A stretch of 64,000 nucleotides of DNA from a virus. Its lineage: Duplodnaviria > Caudoviricetes. Each line of letters starts with the position of its first letter. The stretch's first letter is position 1. Position numbers and translations under genes: made by a program. The DNA is taken from IMG/VR virus record IMGVR_UViG_3300033075_001228; one strand, written 5' to 3'. Below, one piece after another: positions 9,927 to 18,767 of the stretch. The notes beneath the pieces are model-generated. The model saw only the letters and a list, made by a program, of their open reading frames with translations, searched no databases and was not told where the DNA came from.

Positions 9927-12900
9927 TGTTCAAGTCTCTTAAAGCTTCTAACGGATCGTTTGCAGCGGTGGGAAACCTACAGGTTCAGCCAGCCGTCAAT
10001 GACCTCGGAAAAAACGTAAAGCAGCAGGCAACGTCGCCTGCTTCGTTGAAATCAAACGTAGCGCCAGCTCACCAAGCGATCATCGATACGTCGACAGTCG
10101 TTCATTCATCTGATGGGCTAAAGACAAACAAGGGTTCGTTGCAGTCAATTGCATCAGCTTTGATGTCTGACAAATCCTTCCTGCTGCCGCCGTACCACAG
10201 CAAAGTCAACAGCATCCTTCCAGGTTTTGCTAAAAACCTAGAGCCCACTAGCCAGCCAAATAAGCCGTCAGCTACAAAAGCAGCTAGCTTTAAGAGGTTT
10301 GAGCCTTATGAGCAGCTGACTGGCATTTCGCAAGAACGTCCCGAGGTTGTCATTCTGACAAACTTCTTACCTTTGTTTGTGAGCGACGTTGGTCATTCTC
10401 AGCCTTCGTTCATCCATCTTGTTGAAAACGGAGGAATTTACCCGTTCATGACAGACGCGGGAAGGTTTGTTGATACACATCTTCAGGCTAGAAACCTTCG
10501 TCACGTTGATGCAATTCATCTTGTGAGGAACATTCGTTCTCGTTATCCGACGGTTAGCGACCAGATTACGTCACGAAAACAAGCTTTTGAAGCAAGCGTT
10601 GATTCGTTGAAAGACAGCGCAAATTTTCTGTTAGGGCTAGTTCGTAGCCTGGAAAGGCAGAAAGAACATCTCGATCTTCGAGATGACATACACATCGTTG
10701 ATCCAGATGATGTCATCAACCAATACTCGCTGAATTTTTCACGTCTCAACACGGCAGGTTCTCCTGATAGCTTGCACTATTACGCCAGACGATATATGCC
10801 GTCGACATACTCCGTTGTGGACATGATGGTGCGGCTTGGGTATAACTTCAGCAACGTTAAAGGCAAGTTTTCATCAACGAAAATTTGGCTACAACTTCTT
10901 TATGAGATCAAAAACGTTTTAAGCCATCACTCGAATGAGTTTCTAGACGTTGATCCCACGTCGCAACGGCTTGATAGCAACGCAGCAGTTTTGTCAAAAC
11001 ACACTGCTGCAAAGTTTGGAATACGCCAAGCGCTGCCGGCCTTGAAGTCACTTAACGAGCTTAGCACGCTGCAGCCAGCCCAGGTTCACGCAGCGATTAG
11101 CAACGTCAACCAAGCCTGGAGGGTTTTATACCAAAACGTCCATTTCAAGTCAGCAGAGGCTCACATTGCCGCTCTTGTGAACCTAGTTTCAAAGGAATTT
11201 AGGTATTCATACGGCCTGTCGACGCCAGACGTTCAGCAGTCGTTGAGCAACCACTATGACTACAACGTAACATCGAATAACAATGAAAACGTGTTTGAGT
11301 ACGTGTTTGGAAGGTTTGGAAACAACATCACAGACTTTCCGTCTGAGCAAAGGCAGTCATTGGTGGGCCTTGCTCAGCAGCAACCAGCAGAGGACGTTGG
11401 GGTTTTGACGTTTGAGTCAAAGTATGTTGACGGCGACTCAGGAACGTTGACGCCAGGAGCTGCTTTCTTTGTCGACCAAGCGCTTAAGACTGACGGAAAG
11501 GAATTCGACACGCAAAGGCTTGACGAGCTGAGCCTTTTGTTTGAGAAAAAGCATAAGTCATTGGGCGTTGTTCTTCACGGCATGAACGCGTTAGCTGTCA
11601 AGGTTGGCGACCAGGTTGAACGTGTTAGCGCTCAGTTTTCATCATTGCTTTCAAGCCCTGTTGACTTGACCAACGAGATTCTAAAAAACCTTGTTGATGA
11701 ACAAACCGGGGCAACGTTGCCGTCTGCTGTCAACGACAACCTGGGGGCTGTTTATTCGTACGCTGTCAGCAACCCTGACGTAAAAGCTGCGTTGTTCTTG
11801 TACACGATTGCAAAAGTGACCAGGTCATACCACGCGACAATACCGTTCTTTGATCCTTCGTTTGACCTGTCGAAGGACAACACACCGCTGACTGACTTTT
11901 TGATTGCTAACGTTGTGTCAGCGCTAGGGATGAAAATTCCCGAGGCCCAGTCAGGCGTCCAGGCAGTCGCCGCTGCGCTGGGGCAAAATAAGCTGCCAGT
12001 GTTGACAAAGGACACAATTCAGGCATCGCTCAAGTCTGGAACACCGTTGACGAAATTCATTGAGTCAACGATGAAGCAAGTGTTGATGGCTTTCAAGGAA
12101 GACGACAAGGCGATGTTGAACCAACGAACAAGGTTCAACGGCTACCCTGACACGGTGGTGATGATGGTGATGTTTGATGCCATCATTCAAATGGTTCAGC
12201 GTTACAACAACCAGTCGTTGACGTCATCAAACCTAGGTCCGACTGCGTATGCGTTTGGAACGTTAACGTTCAACGTCTCAAGGACAAAAAACAACAACAA
12301 GGCGTCAGTCAACGAGCTGACAACGCGTCTGGAGAAAGAAGTTGCATTGACGCAAAAGCTTCTTTACGTAGTCTTAAATACGCTTAAAAAGCTGTCTAAC
12401 TCGCTACGAAACCAATCAAATTACCTCAAGAGCCCCGCAGCCGTCAACAAACTGCGTGAGATTTCTGAGGTCATCGGTGACTCACGCCTGTTGTCTATGC
12501 TGATGAGTGAGCAACAGATCATGTTGCTGTCGTCAACGGTCCATGATTTAGTTGATCGAATCTCGCAACGTGACGTTGCGTCTAGCAACGGCGACGTAGA
12601 CGGCGACGGCGACTTTGACGCAGATGATGAGTTGAAGGTGCTAGACGACTCAGTGGTGCTGCCAAAGCTACGAAACGCAATCTACGGTTTGATGAGCAGC
12701 AAGGAATATGCGTCATCGAAAGGCTACAACAAAAAGATCCTGACGGTCGGAATCCCGCTGGGATTTACGCATAAGCTAAAGCAACGAATCAGCGTCAACA
12801 AGCTGAAGAAAACTAGCTTTGCTGACAAACAAAGCGACATCGTGTCTGTTGTTGTTTACAAAGTTGATCTACAAAACAGCGACATCATCTACAGGCCGCA

Positions 12901-14032
12901 GCGGTTTTTGTTTGAGCTGTCAAGGTTTCCAGTTAGAAATGATAAGCATTTTCTGCCGTTGACAGAGAAGCCAACGTTAGATGAAATTGCACATTCCATT
13001 CCCACTAGGGACTTTGGGCAAGGGTTTGAACGTGGGTCTAGCCTGGAGTATTGGGCGTTAGATGCTAGTCGCGTAAATCGTTCACAAAAGCTTGCGTTCT
13101 CTGATGAGTCGTATTCCTTTTTGACAGAACACGAAAAGGCGCAGCTTATCAAGAACCATGTGCTAAGCTACCTGTTGGAGACGTATGTTAGGCTTTTGAC
13201 AGGCATCAGCGTTGCTGATTATCACTTTGATCTTGTCGATCAGCCAAGGCCAATGGGTGACGACATGGTAAAGCTGATCACTGAGCACTGCGTTGCAAAC
13301 GTTGTCGACCAGCTAAGCAGCAACCAGGTGACGTCACAGGCTTCTAAGGCGCCCTCGGGTGGCGTCTTGTTTGCCACGACCATGGCTAAAAAGCCAGGGT
13401 ATGTAGCCGGTAAGGCTGCCCAGGCAGTCTCTCAACCGTTGCTTAGCAATCCTGCAGGGGTTCCAGGCAACGTTTCCACAGCTGCTCAGCTGTATGGCAT
13501 TCAAGGTAAGCCTAGCGTGAAAACGCTTGAAGCTCAACTGGACATTGGGCAGCTTAGCACGAACCTTGCTGGCGTGTCCGCCAGAAACGTTCCGGCGGTT
13601 CTTCATAACCTTCGAAACATCAGCGGTTTGTCGCACATGCTTACGCCGTTGGTTGACCCGCTTTTGGTTTCTAAGCGAATTGTTTCACCTAAGCAGTTTG
13701 ATAGGGTCTTTAACGTGATCGTTGACCCAGACGAGTTTGAAATTGATTATGAGAAAACAGTCAAGACGCCTGACGGCAAGCAGGCGCTCGAGCAGATGAT
13801 AAAAACGGGTGATGTCATCGTGGAAGACGAAAATTACAAGGCCAAGCGCCTGTTAGGACGACCAACGTTCGTGGGGTTTGGTAAAGATCCGACGGGTCGT
13901 TCTTTCCCACAAGGAAGGGCTGCACCAAACGTTTCCTTGTATAGGTTTAGGGACAGGGACAAAAACCAAGGTGACATTGCGTTTGAAAAGTATTTTGTCA
14001 CCATTGAAACCTATGGCGATGATGAGGTCTAA
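9926..14032 (+). CDS. Large hypothetical protein (1368 aa), probably virion
   Basis: Long ORF with TGATG coupling inside the structural block. Confidence 0.6.
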   Translation: MFKSLKASNGSFAAVGNLQVQPAVNDLGKNVKQQATSPASLKSNVAPAHQAIIDTSTVVHSSDGLKTNKGSLQSIASALMSDKSFLLPPYHSKVNSILPGFAKNLEPTSQPNKPSATKAASFKRFEPYEQLTGISQERPEVVILTNFLPLFVSDVGHSQPSFIHLVENGGIYPFMTDAGRFVDTHLQARNLRHVDAIHLVRNIRSRYPTVSDQITSRKQAFEASVDSLKDSANFLLGLVRSLERQKEHLDLRDDIHIVDPDDVINQYSLNFSRLNTAGSPDSLHYYARRYMPSTYSVVDMMVRLGYNFSNVKGKFSSTKIWLQLLYEIKNVLSHHSNEFLDVDPTSQRLDSNAAVLSKHTAAKFGIRQALPALKSLNELSTLQPAQVHAAISNVNQAWRVLYQNVHFKSAEAHIAALVNLVSKEFRYSYGLSTPDVQQSLSNHYDYNVTSNNNENVFEYVFGRFGNNITDFPSEQRQSLVGLAQQQPAEDVGVLTFESKYVDGDSGTLTPGAAFFVDQALKTDGKEFDTQRLDELSLLFEKKHKSLGVVLHGMNALAVKVGDQVERVSAQFSSLLSSPVDLTNEILKNLVDEQTGATLPSAVNDNLGAVYSYAVSNPDVKAALFLYTIAKVTRSYHATIPFFDPSFDLSKDNTPLTDFLIANVVSALGMKIPEAQSGVQAVAAALGQNKLPVLTKDTIQASLKSGTPLTKFIESTMKQVLMAFKEDDKAMLNQRTRFNGYPDTVVMMVMFDAIIQMVQRYNNQSLTSSNLGPTAYAFGTLTFNVSRTKNNNKASVNELTTRLEKEVALTQKLLYVVLNTLKKLSNSLRNQSNYLKSPAAVNKLREISEVIGDSRLLSMLMSEQQIMLLSSTVHDLVDRISQRDVASSNGDVDGDGDFDADDELKVLDDSVVLPKLRNAIYGLMSSKEYASSKGYNKKILTVGIPLGFTHKLKQRISVNKLKKTSFADKQSDIVSVVVYKVDLQNSDIIYRPQRFLFELSRFPVRNDKHFLPLTEKPTLDEIAHSIPTRDFGQGFERGSSLEYWALDASRVNRSQKLAFSDESYSFLTEHEKAQLIKNHVLSYLLETYVRLLTGISVADYHFDLVDQPRPMGDDMVKLITEHCVANVVDQLSSNQVTSQASKAPSGGVLFATTMAKKPGYVAGKAAQAVSQPLLSNPAGVPGNVSTAAQLYGIQGKPSVKTLEAQLDIGQLSTNLAGVSARNVPAVLHNLRNISGLSHMLTPLVDPLLVSKRIVSPKQFDRVFNVIVDPDEFEIDYEKTVKTPDGKQALEQMIKTGDVIVEDENYKAKRLLGRPTFVGFGKDPTGRSFPQGRAAPNVSLYRFRDRDKNQGDIAFEKYFVTIETYGDDEV

Positions 14033-14035
14033 GCA

Positions 14036-16048
14036 ATGAGTGTCTCGCTACCTTCAAGGGAAGTGTATGCTGTCGACGTCCCGGAGGTGAGGGTGTTTGA
14101 TGGCTCGTTTGTCTATAACTTTTTCACCTTTGATGAAAGCGTTTCTGAGACCGGCGGCGTTCCCGCAAAGTTCCTGCAGCGTGACGCTGAGCAGATTGAT
14201 TCAGGTTTTTTGCAATACGCAACGACCCGAGCCCCTCGTTTAGTCAAGCTCTCATGGAAGGTGCCACGGTTAGTTGAGCCAGGAAACCTGGTGTCTGACC
14301 AAAGCCAGAGGGCACATGTTTTTTCGTCTAATGCACAAGATGGTTCGCTGATTGCTGACAACCTGGATAAGGTTGTGACAGAAGACCACTTCTCGTCAAA
14401 CAACTACGTTGCCGTCAGCTTTCATGATGGTGAAATTGACGACAAGATCCATTATCTTGTGTCTGGTTCGTACGTAGCGCAAACTACGTTTGAGCACCAT
14501 GACAACGATGTTGGCCACTACAAAGCAGCACATAGGCTGTCGTCATTGACGCCCAAACACATCAAGCCGCACTTTTTGTTTAGGTCGTTAGCGTCAGCTC
14601 CTCAGGCTCATGGAACTCGTTTCTTTGACAAGTCAGGCAAACGTATCTTTAACGATTACTTTCGTCGACTTAAGAAGGTTGTTGTCAACGCGCAGGTCAA
14701 CAGCAGGCTGTTTCACGACATAACAAACAGATCGATCCGTGACCCACACTCGCCGTTCGCGTCTGACATGCAAAACATGCATAAGTTTACGAGGAAGCTT
14801 AAGCATCAGGTCCAACAAAGGTCGTTGTCACAGGTCGATGAGGCTGATTTTAAGACCTTTGTGCCGTTCATCGACCTCAAGGTCCGGCGCACGGCACAAA
14901 GGTATGACCTTTCAGCCGCCGAGATCGTTGGATACATCATTGACAAGGTTGAGATCACGGAGTCTGGAGAGGCCAAAGAAAGCAGCCCAATCATCATTGA
15001 CAACCCGAAGATCAGCTCGACTGCTGACTTTTTCGTTCGCTACAACGCAACGTACGTGTATTCAATTCGAACCGTGGCTCAGTTTACGCTCCCGGCGATC
15101 GATGACGACACGGGTGACGTAGCAACGATCAAGGTGTTGATCAGCTCAAAGCCATCAAGCAAGGTCTACATCAAAACAGTTGAGAACGTGGCGCCTCCCG
15201 CGCCCGCCGACCTGAACTTTACGTGGGACTATGAGCGAATCAACCCAGCGACAGCTGACTTTGACCATGAGTCTGGGCAGCAGCTTCCGGGTACTGGCAG
15301 GCCGGGCAGCTTGATGATTCATTGGGCATTTCCGCCTAACTCTCAGCGTGACATCAAGAAGTTCCAGGTCTTCCGCCGTCGTGACGTCAATCATCCGTTT
15401 GAGTTGATAAAGATGTATGACTTTGATGACTCGTTGGTCAAGATGCCAAACGCAGAAAACCCTGATCCTTCGTTGGTTGAGCACCTGACGACGCCATGTA
15501 CTTTTTTTTACGATGATGATTTTCACGTAGGTGACCACAACTTCCATAGCCTCAACACCGACGCAACGTCGCAAGACAAACACCCTGGTTCATCAACGTT
15601 CATCTATGCAGTCGCTAGCATAGACGCACATGGGCTGACGTCAGGTTTTTCTGCACAGTATGAGGTGTGGTTTGACCAGTTTAAGAACAGGCTTCAAAAA
15701 CGTTTGGTTAGCCATACAGGTGCCCCAAAGCCGTATCCAAACCTTTACCTTGAGGCTGATACCTTTGTGGACACCATTCGCGTGTCTGGGCCAAACAGCA
15801 AGCGCATGAGCTTATACTTCAACCCGGAGTTTTACTACCTGTATGATGACAACGAACGCTTGACAAGTGTGCTAGCGACCAAGCAGGCTGGCGGCAGCTA
15901 CAAGCTACAGTTCATCAACACGGACAACCAGAAAAGCACAGTTGTGGATGTCGTCGTGAACGATATGATAAAAGCTGCACCATCTGTAGCTGCATCACCA
16001 GAGGTTCGTTTTGGTTCCCGTCGATCTGCCCCGCGTCGTTCTCGTTGA
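14036..16048 (+). CDS. Putative virion protein with an Fn3-like domain
   Basis: APPAPADL...LMIHW...FQVFRR...FIYAVASIDAHGLTSGFS. Confidence 0.6.
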   Translation: MSVSLPSREVYAVDVPEVRVFDGSFVYNFFTFDESVSETGGVPAKFLQRDAEQIDSGFLQYATTRAPRLVKLSWKVPRLVEPGNLVSDQSQRAHVFSSNAQDGSLIADNLDKVVTEDHFSSNNYVAVSFHDGEIDDKIHYLVSGSYVAQTTFEHHDNDVGHYKAAHRLSSLTPKHIKPHFLFRSLASAPQAHGTRFFDKSGKRIFNDYFRRLKKVVVNAQVNSRLFHDITNRSIRDPHSPFASDMQNMHKFTRKLKHQVQQRSLSQVDEADFKTFVPFIDLKVRRTAQRYDLSAAEIVGYIIDKVEITESGEAKESSPIIIDNPKISSTADFFVRYNATYVYSIRTVAQFTLPAIDDDTGDVATIKVLISSKPSSKVYIKTVENVAPPAPADLNFTWDYERINPATADFDHESGQQLPGTGRPGSLMIHWAFPPNSQRDIKKFQVFRRRDVNHPFELIKMYDFDDSLVKMPNAENPDPSLVEHLTTPCTFFYDDDFHVGDHNFHSLNTDATSQDKHPGSSTFIYAVASIDAHGLTSGFSAQYEVWFDQFKNRLQKRLVSHTGAPKPYPNLYLEADTFVDTIRVSGPNSKRMSLYFNPEFYYLYDDNERLTSVLATKQAGGSYKLQFINTDNQKSTVVDVVVNDMIKAAPSVAASPEVRFGSRRSAPRRSR

Positions 16049-16309
16049 TCAGGTCTTGGGCCTCATGTTCGTAGCTGGCATCATAGCGAAGAAGCTAAGA
16101 AGAAAATTGGTGCTTCTACTTCAATACGCAAACAAAAGGCTGTTCTTCAATGCATGAAAGATGGTACAGTATTGAGGGAATTTCCTTCATTGAATGAAGC
16201 AGCACAATTTGTAAACGGACATGCTGGTAAAGTGTCCGATGTGTTGTGCGGTCGTCGATATACGCACAAGGGATATGTATGGCGGTACGGTATGCTCAAA
16301 GTGGTTTGA
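16049..16309 (+). pseudogene. Homing-endonuclease C-terminal remnant (NUMOD3 + NUMOD1 DNA-binding modules)
   Basis: Translates as ...HHSEEAKKKIGAS..RKQKAVLQCMKDGTVLREFPSLNEAAQFVNGHAGKVSDVLCGRRYTHKGYVWRY..; no nuclease domain and no start before NUMOD3. Confidence 0.8.
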
Positions 16310-16333
16310 CCACAGACAGGGTTGAGGTGTAAC

Positions 16334-17050
16334 ATCGGATTTTTGGATCACACAACTAACAACATCGTCCTTGACGCAGTGTTGACTGACGTTGGTAGGC
16401 AATTTTTGGCACGCAACGACGGCAGCTTTTCTATCAGCAAGTTCGCCCTCGCCGACGATGAAGTCAACTATAACATCATCGCAAAGTACGGCAGGACTGT
16501 CGGCAGGGAAAAGATCGAAAAGAACACCCCGATCTTCGAGGCGCTGACAAACCAGCAGCACGCGCAGAAGTATAGGCTTGTCAGCGTGTCAAACCCTAAC
16601 CTGCTTCGCTTACCAACGATGTCGTTGTCAGGCGACTCAAACGTCGATGGCCAAAACAGCGTCATCACTTTGGGCAGAAACCAGCAAAAAACAGCTACTG
16701 CTACGGTTGAACAGACGATCCAGAACGAAACAACGATTGACGTAGAGCTGAGGGACCAGACGTTCATCGTTGAGGTTCCGAACCTCTTTTTGCAGATCTT
16801 GCGTCAGTCGCCAGAAAACATCGACGGCCAGCAACGCGCGACATACATCCTGACGCGTTCTCCTGCAGAAAACGCATTCGGCGGCAGCTCAGTGCAGTTT
16901 ACGCTATCCGTAAAGAGCCTGACAGATGCTTTGTTCACTGTCTACGGTACGACCGCTAACAAGGCAAGGATCAGGACGTCGATCAAGGTGACTGGCGTGC
17001 AGTCAGGTGCCGTCAAGGACATCAGTGTTGTCATCGATAAGAACCTATGA
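16334..17050 (+). CDS. Putative virion (baseplate/tail-collar-like) protein; probable ATC start
   Basis: (I/M)GFLDHTTNNIVLDAVLTDVGRQFLA..ISKFALADDEVNY; SD GAGGTG at 16324-16329; track start is TTG 16322. Confidence 0.7.
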   Translation: MGFLDHTTNNIVLDAVLTDVGRQFLARNDGSFSISKFALADDEVNYNIIAKYGRTVGREKIEKNTPIFEALTNQQHAQKYRLVSVSNPNLLRLPTMSLSGDSNVDGQNSVITLGRNQQKTATATVEQTIQNETTIDVELRDQTFIVEVPNLFLQILRQSPENIDGQQRATYILTRSPAENAFGGSSVQFTLSVKSLTDALFTVYGTTANKARIRTSIKVTGVQSGAVKDISVVIDKNL

Positions 17051-17226
17051 ACGAGCAAGTCGAAGTAACTGTCAAACACAGCGTTGGAGCAGAAGGAAGC
17101 GGTTGGTACGTCTGGGAATCGGAGTATCCAGAAGAGGGATATGTCTACTTTAGCGCCAAGCGTCCGACTGCTGATGAGCTAAGAACGATCTGCGAAAGCT
17201 ACGTTGAAGAAAAGAGCGCAAAGTGA
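17047..17226 (+). CDS. Small hypothetical protein (59 aa) MNEQVEVTVKHSVGAEGSGWYVWESEYPEEGYVYF...
   Basis: ATGA overlap with the upstream stop; below the track length cutoff. Confidence 0.6.
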   Translation: MNEQVEVTVKHSVGAEGSGWYVWESEYPEEGYVYFSAKRPTADELRTICESYVEEKSAK

Positions 17227-17362
17227 GTTTGCTCAGTACGATCGTGACAGAAAACATGATCAATGGTTCCAAACACGAGGCATGAGATTAGTTAGAGTGA
17301 TTGATATGGAGATCTTGAATCCGGATGCTCGGCCGTTGATCCTAGCACGAATGGAGGGCTAA
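17204..17362 (+). pseudogene. C-terminal remnant of a Vsr/DUF559-like endonuclease
   Basis: QYDRDRKHDQWFQTRGMRLVRVIDMEI matches the D..RD..L...G..V.R C-terminal motif; catalytic part missing. Confidence 0.6.
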
Positions 17363-17366
17363 TTCT

Positions 17367-18596
17367 ACGGCAACTTTTAAAGAAATTCTCCCGAGCGACA
17401 TCAAGTCGACGCGGTCGTTCTTGTCTCAGCTTATCGATGTCCTGCAAGAGGACATCAGTGGGTCAACGTCAAGGCGAAAGTATCAGGCGTTTGTCACCGG
17501 CGGCGTAGGGCCTGGTGTCACCAGCTCGTTGTTTCAAACGGTCTATGACCAGGACTTTACGCTTCAGACTGCTAACCCTGTTCTTGACATGACGATCGGC
17601 CTGTTCCCTGACGGGTCAACTGTGGCTTCGTCGTTTGCTGGAACTGATGCGGCTGGTAAGGAGTTGTTTCCATCATCGTCATTGATGATGCGAGAGAAGA
17701 TGGACATTTACAGGCAGTTTGCGTCAGCGCTGTTGGGCGACTCTACCGCGGCGTTCACAGCCGCGTTTGATTCATCAGACGTTAGCGATGAAATTGACGT
17801 TGCGTTGTTCATCGCCTTCAAGCGGTTGTTTGCAAGGGACCAGATCAAACGCGAGACGTTTGCAATGAAGTTTTTTCAGTCTGCTGCGATCAACTTTAAC
17901 TCAGCAGGAACGACCCCTTCTGAGACGCAGGCGCAGCCGCCCAACCTTTTCATTGGGTCGACGTCAGGCTCTGCGATCTTTACTGACATCGGCGCGGCGA
18001 CAAACAAGCTGACGACGTTCGGTGGACAGGTGGGCAACATTGTTGACTCAGCAAACACGACCAGAAACGTGGGGCTGGTGTTTTACGACCGTGGCATCGT
18101 GGTCTTGGACCTTACAAAGATCACTAGCGCAAGCCAGTTTGTGTCAGGGACGATTGACGCAATGCACTCGCTAGGCTCGCTTGTCCTTGGCGCGAACGGC
18201 ACACAGACACAGTTCAAGTCAAAGATGATTCCTGACTTTGTTGTCAGCGCGTCGATCGACAACGTTATCGACCACATTGCGTCCTGTAGGCTTGGTTCTG
18301 GTTCCTCGACGGCAATCACCTTCCAGAACACGACCAACATCAACAGTTCATTGATCTTTTGTAGGGCAGGCGCAGACGAGTTTAACTACTCATCCAATCC
18401 TACGTTCACCGACTCCAACAACAGGATCCAGGTCATTGACGTTGGTCAGGAAGACACACAACAGACGTTTACGTTCATCACAAGCGTCGGTTTGTATGAC
18501 GCTAACGACAACCTCCTCGCGGTTGCAAAGCTATCGAGGCCAGTAGAAAAATCGCCGGAGAGAGACCTGACCCTACGCGTCCGGTTGGATTTTTGA
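17367..18596 (+). CDS. Putative virion (baseplate-like) protein; probable ACG start
   Basis: C-terminal FNYSSNPT...FITSVGLYDANDNLLAVAKLSRPVEK..LRVRLDF; N-terminal (T/M)ATFKEILPSDIKS aligns with paralog 18768; track start is TTG 17421. Confidence 0.7.
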   Translation, partial: TATFKEILPSDIKSTRSFLSQLIDVLQEDISGSTSRRKYQAFVTGGVGPGVTSSLFQTVYDQDFTLQTANPVLDMTIGLFPDGSTVASSFAGTDAAGKELFPSSSLMMREKMDIYRQFASALLGDSTAAFTAAFDSSDVSDEIDVALFIAFKRLFARDQIKRETFAMKFFQSAAINFNSAGTTPSETQAQPPNLFIGSTSGSAIFTDIGAATNKLTTFGGQVGNIVDSANTTRNVGLVFYDRGIVVLDLTKITSASQFVSGTIDAMHSLGSLVLGANGTQTQFKSKMIPDFVVSASIDNVIDHIASCRLGSGSSTAITFQNTTNINSSLIFCRAGADEFNYSSNPTFTDSNNRIQVIDVGQEDTQQTFTFITSVGLYDANDNLLAVAKLSRPVEKSPERDLTLRVRLDF

Positions 18597-18767
18597 CGTT
18601 GCTAACGTCGCTGTGCATGTGGCTGCGGCAGCTTGGTTTCTTGTAGGGATGATTCTTTTTAAGGCTCATTCGTGGTGACGTATGCTTGAGATCCCGGCAA
18701 GAATCGCCAAAGCTTGAATGACGTTGCGGCCCCTGATCTCACGGGGTATAGTTAGTGAGGAAGCTGA

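Noticed and set aside
16049-17366. Group I/II introns supplying the missing ATGs
   Set aside because: No recognisable intron core or domain V, and no upstream mini-exon with suitable splice junctions; not formally excluded without RT-PCR
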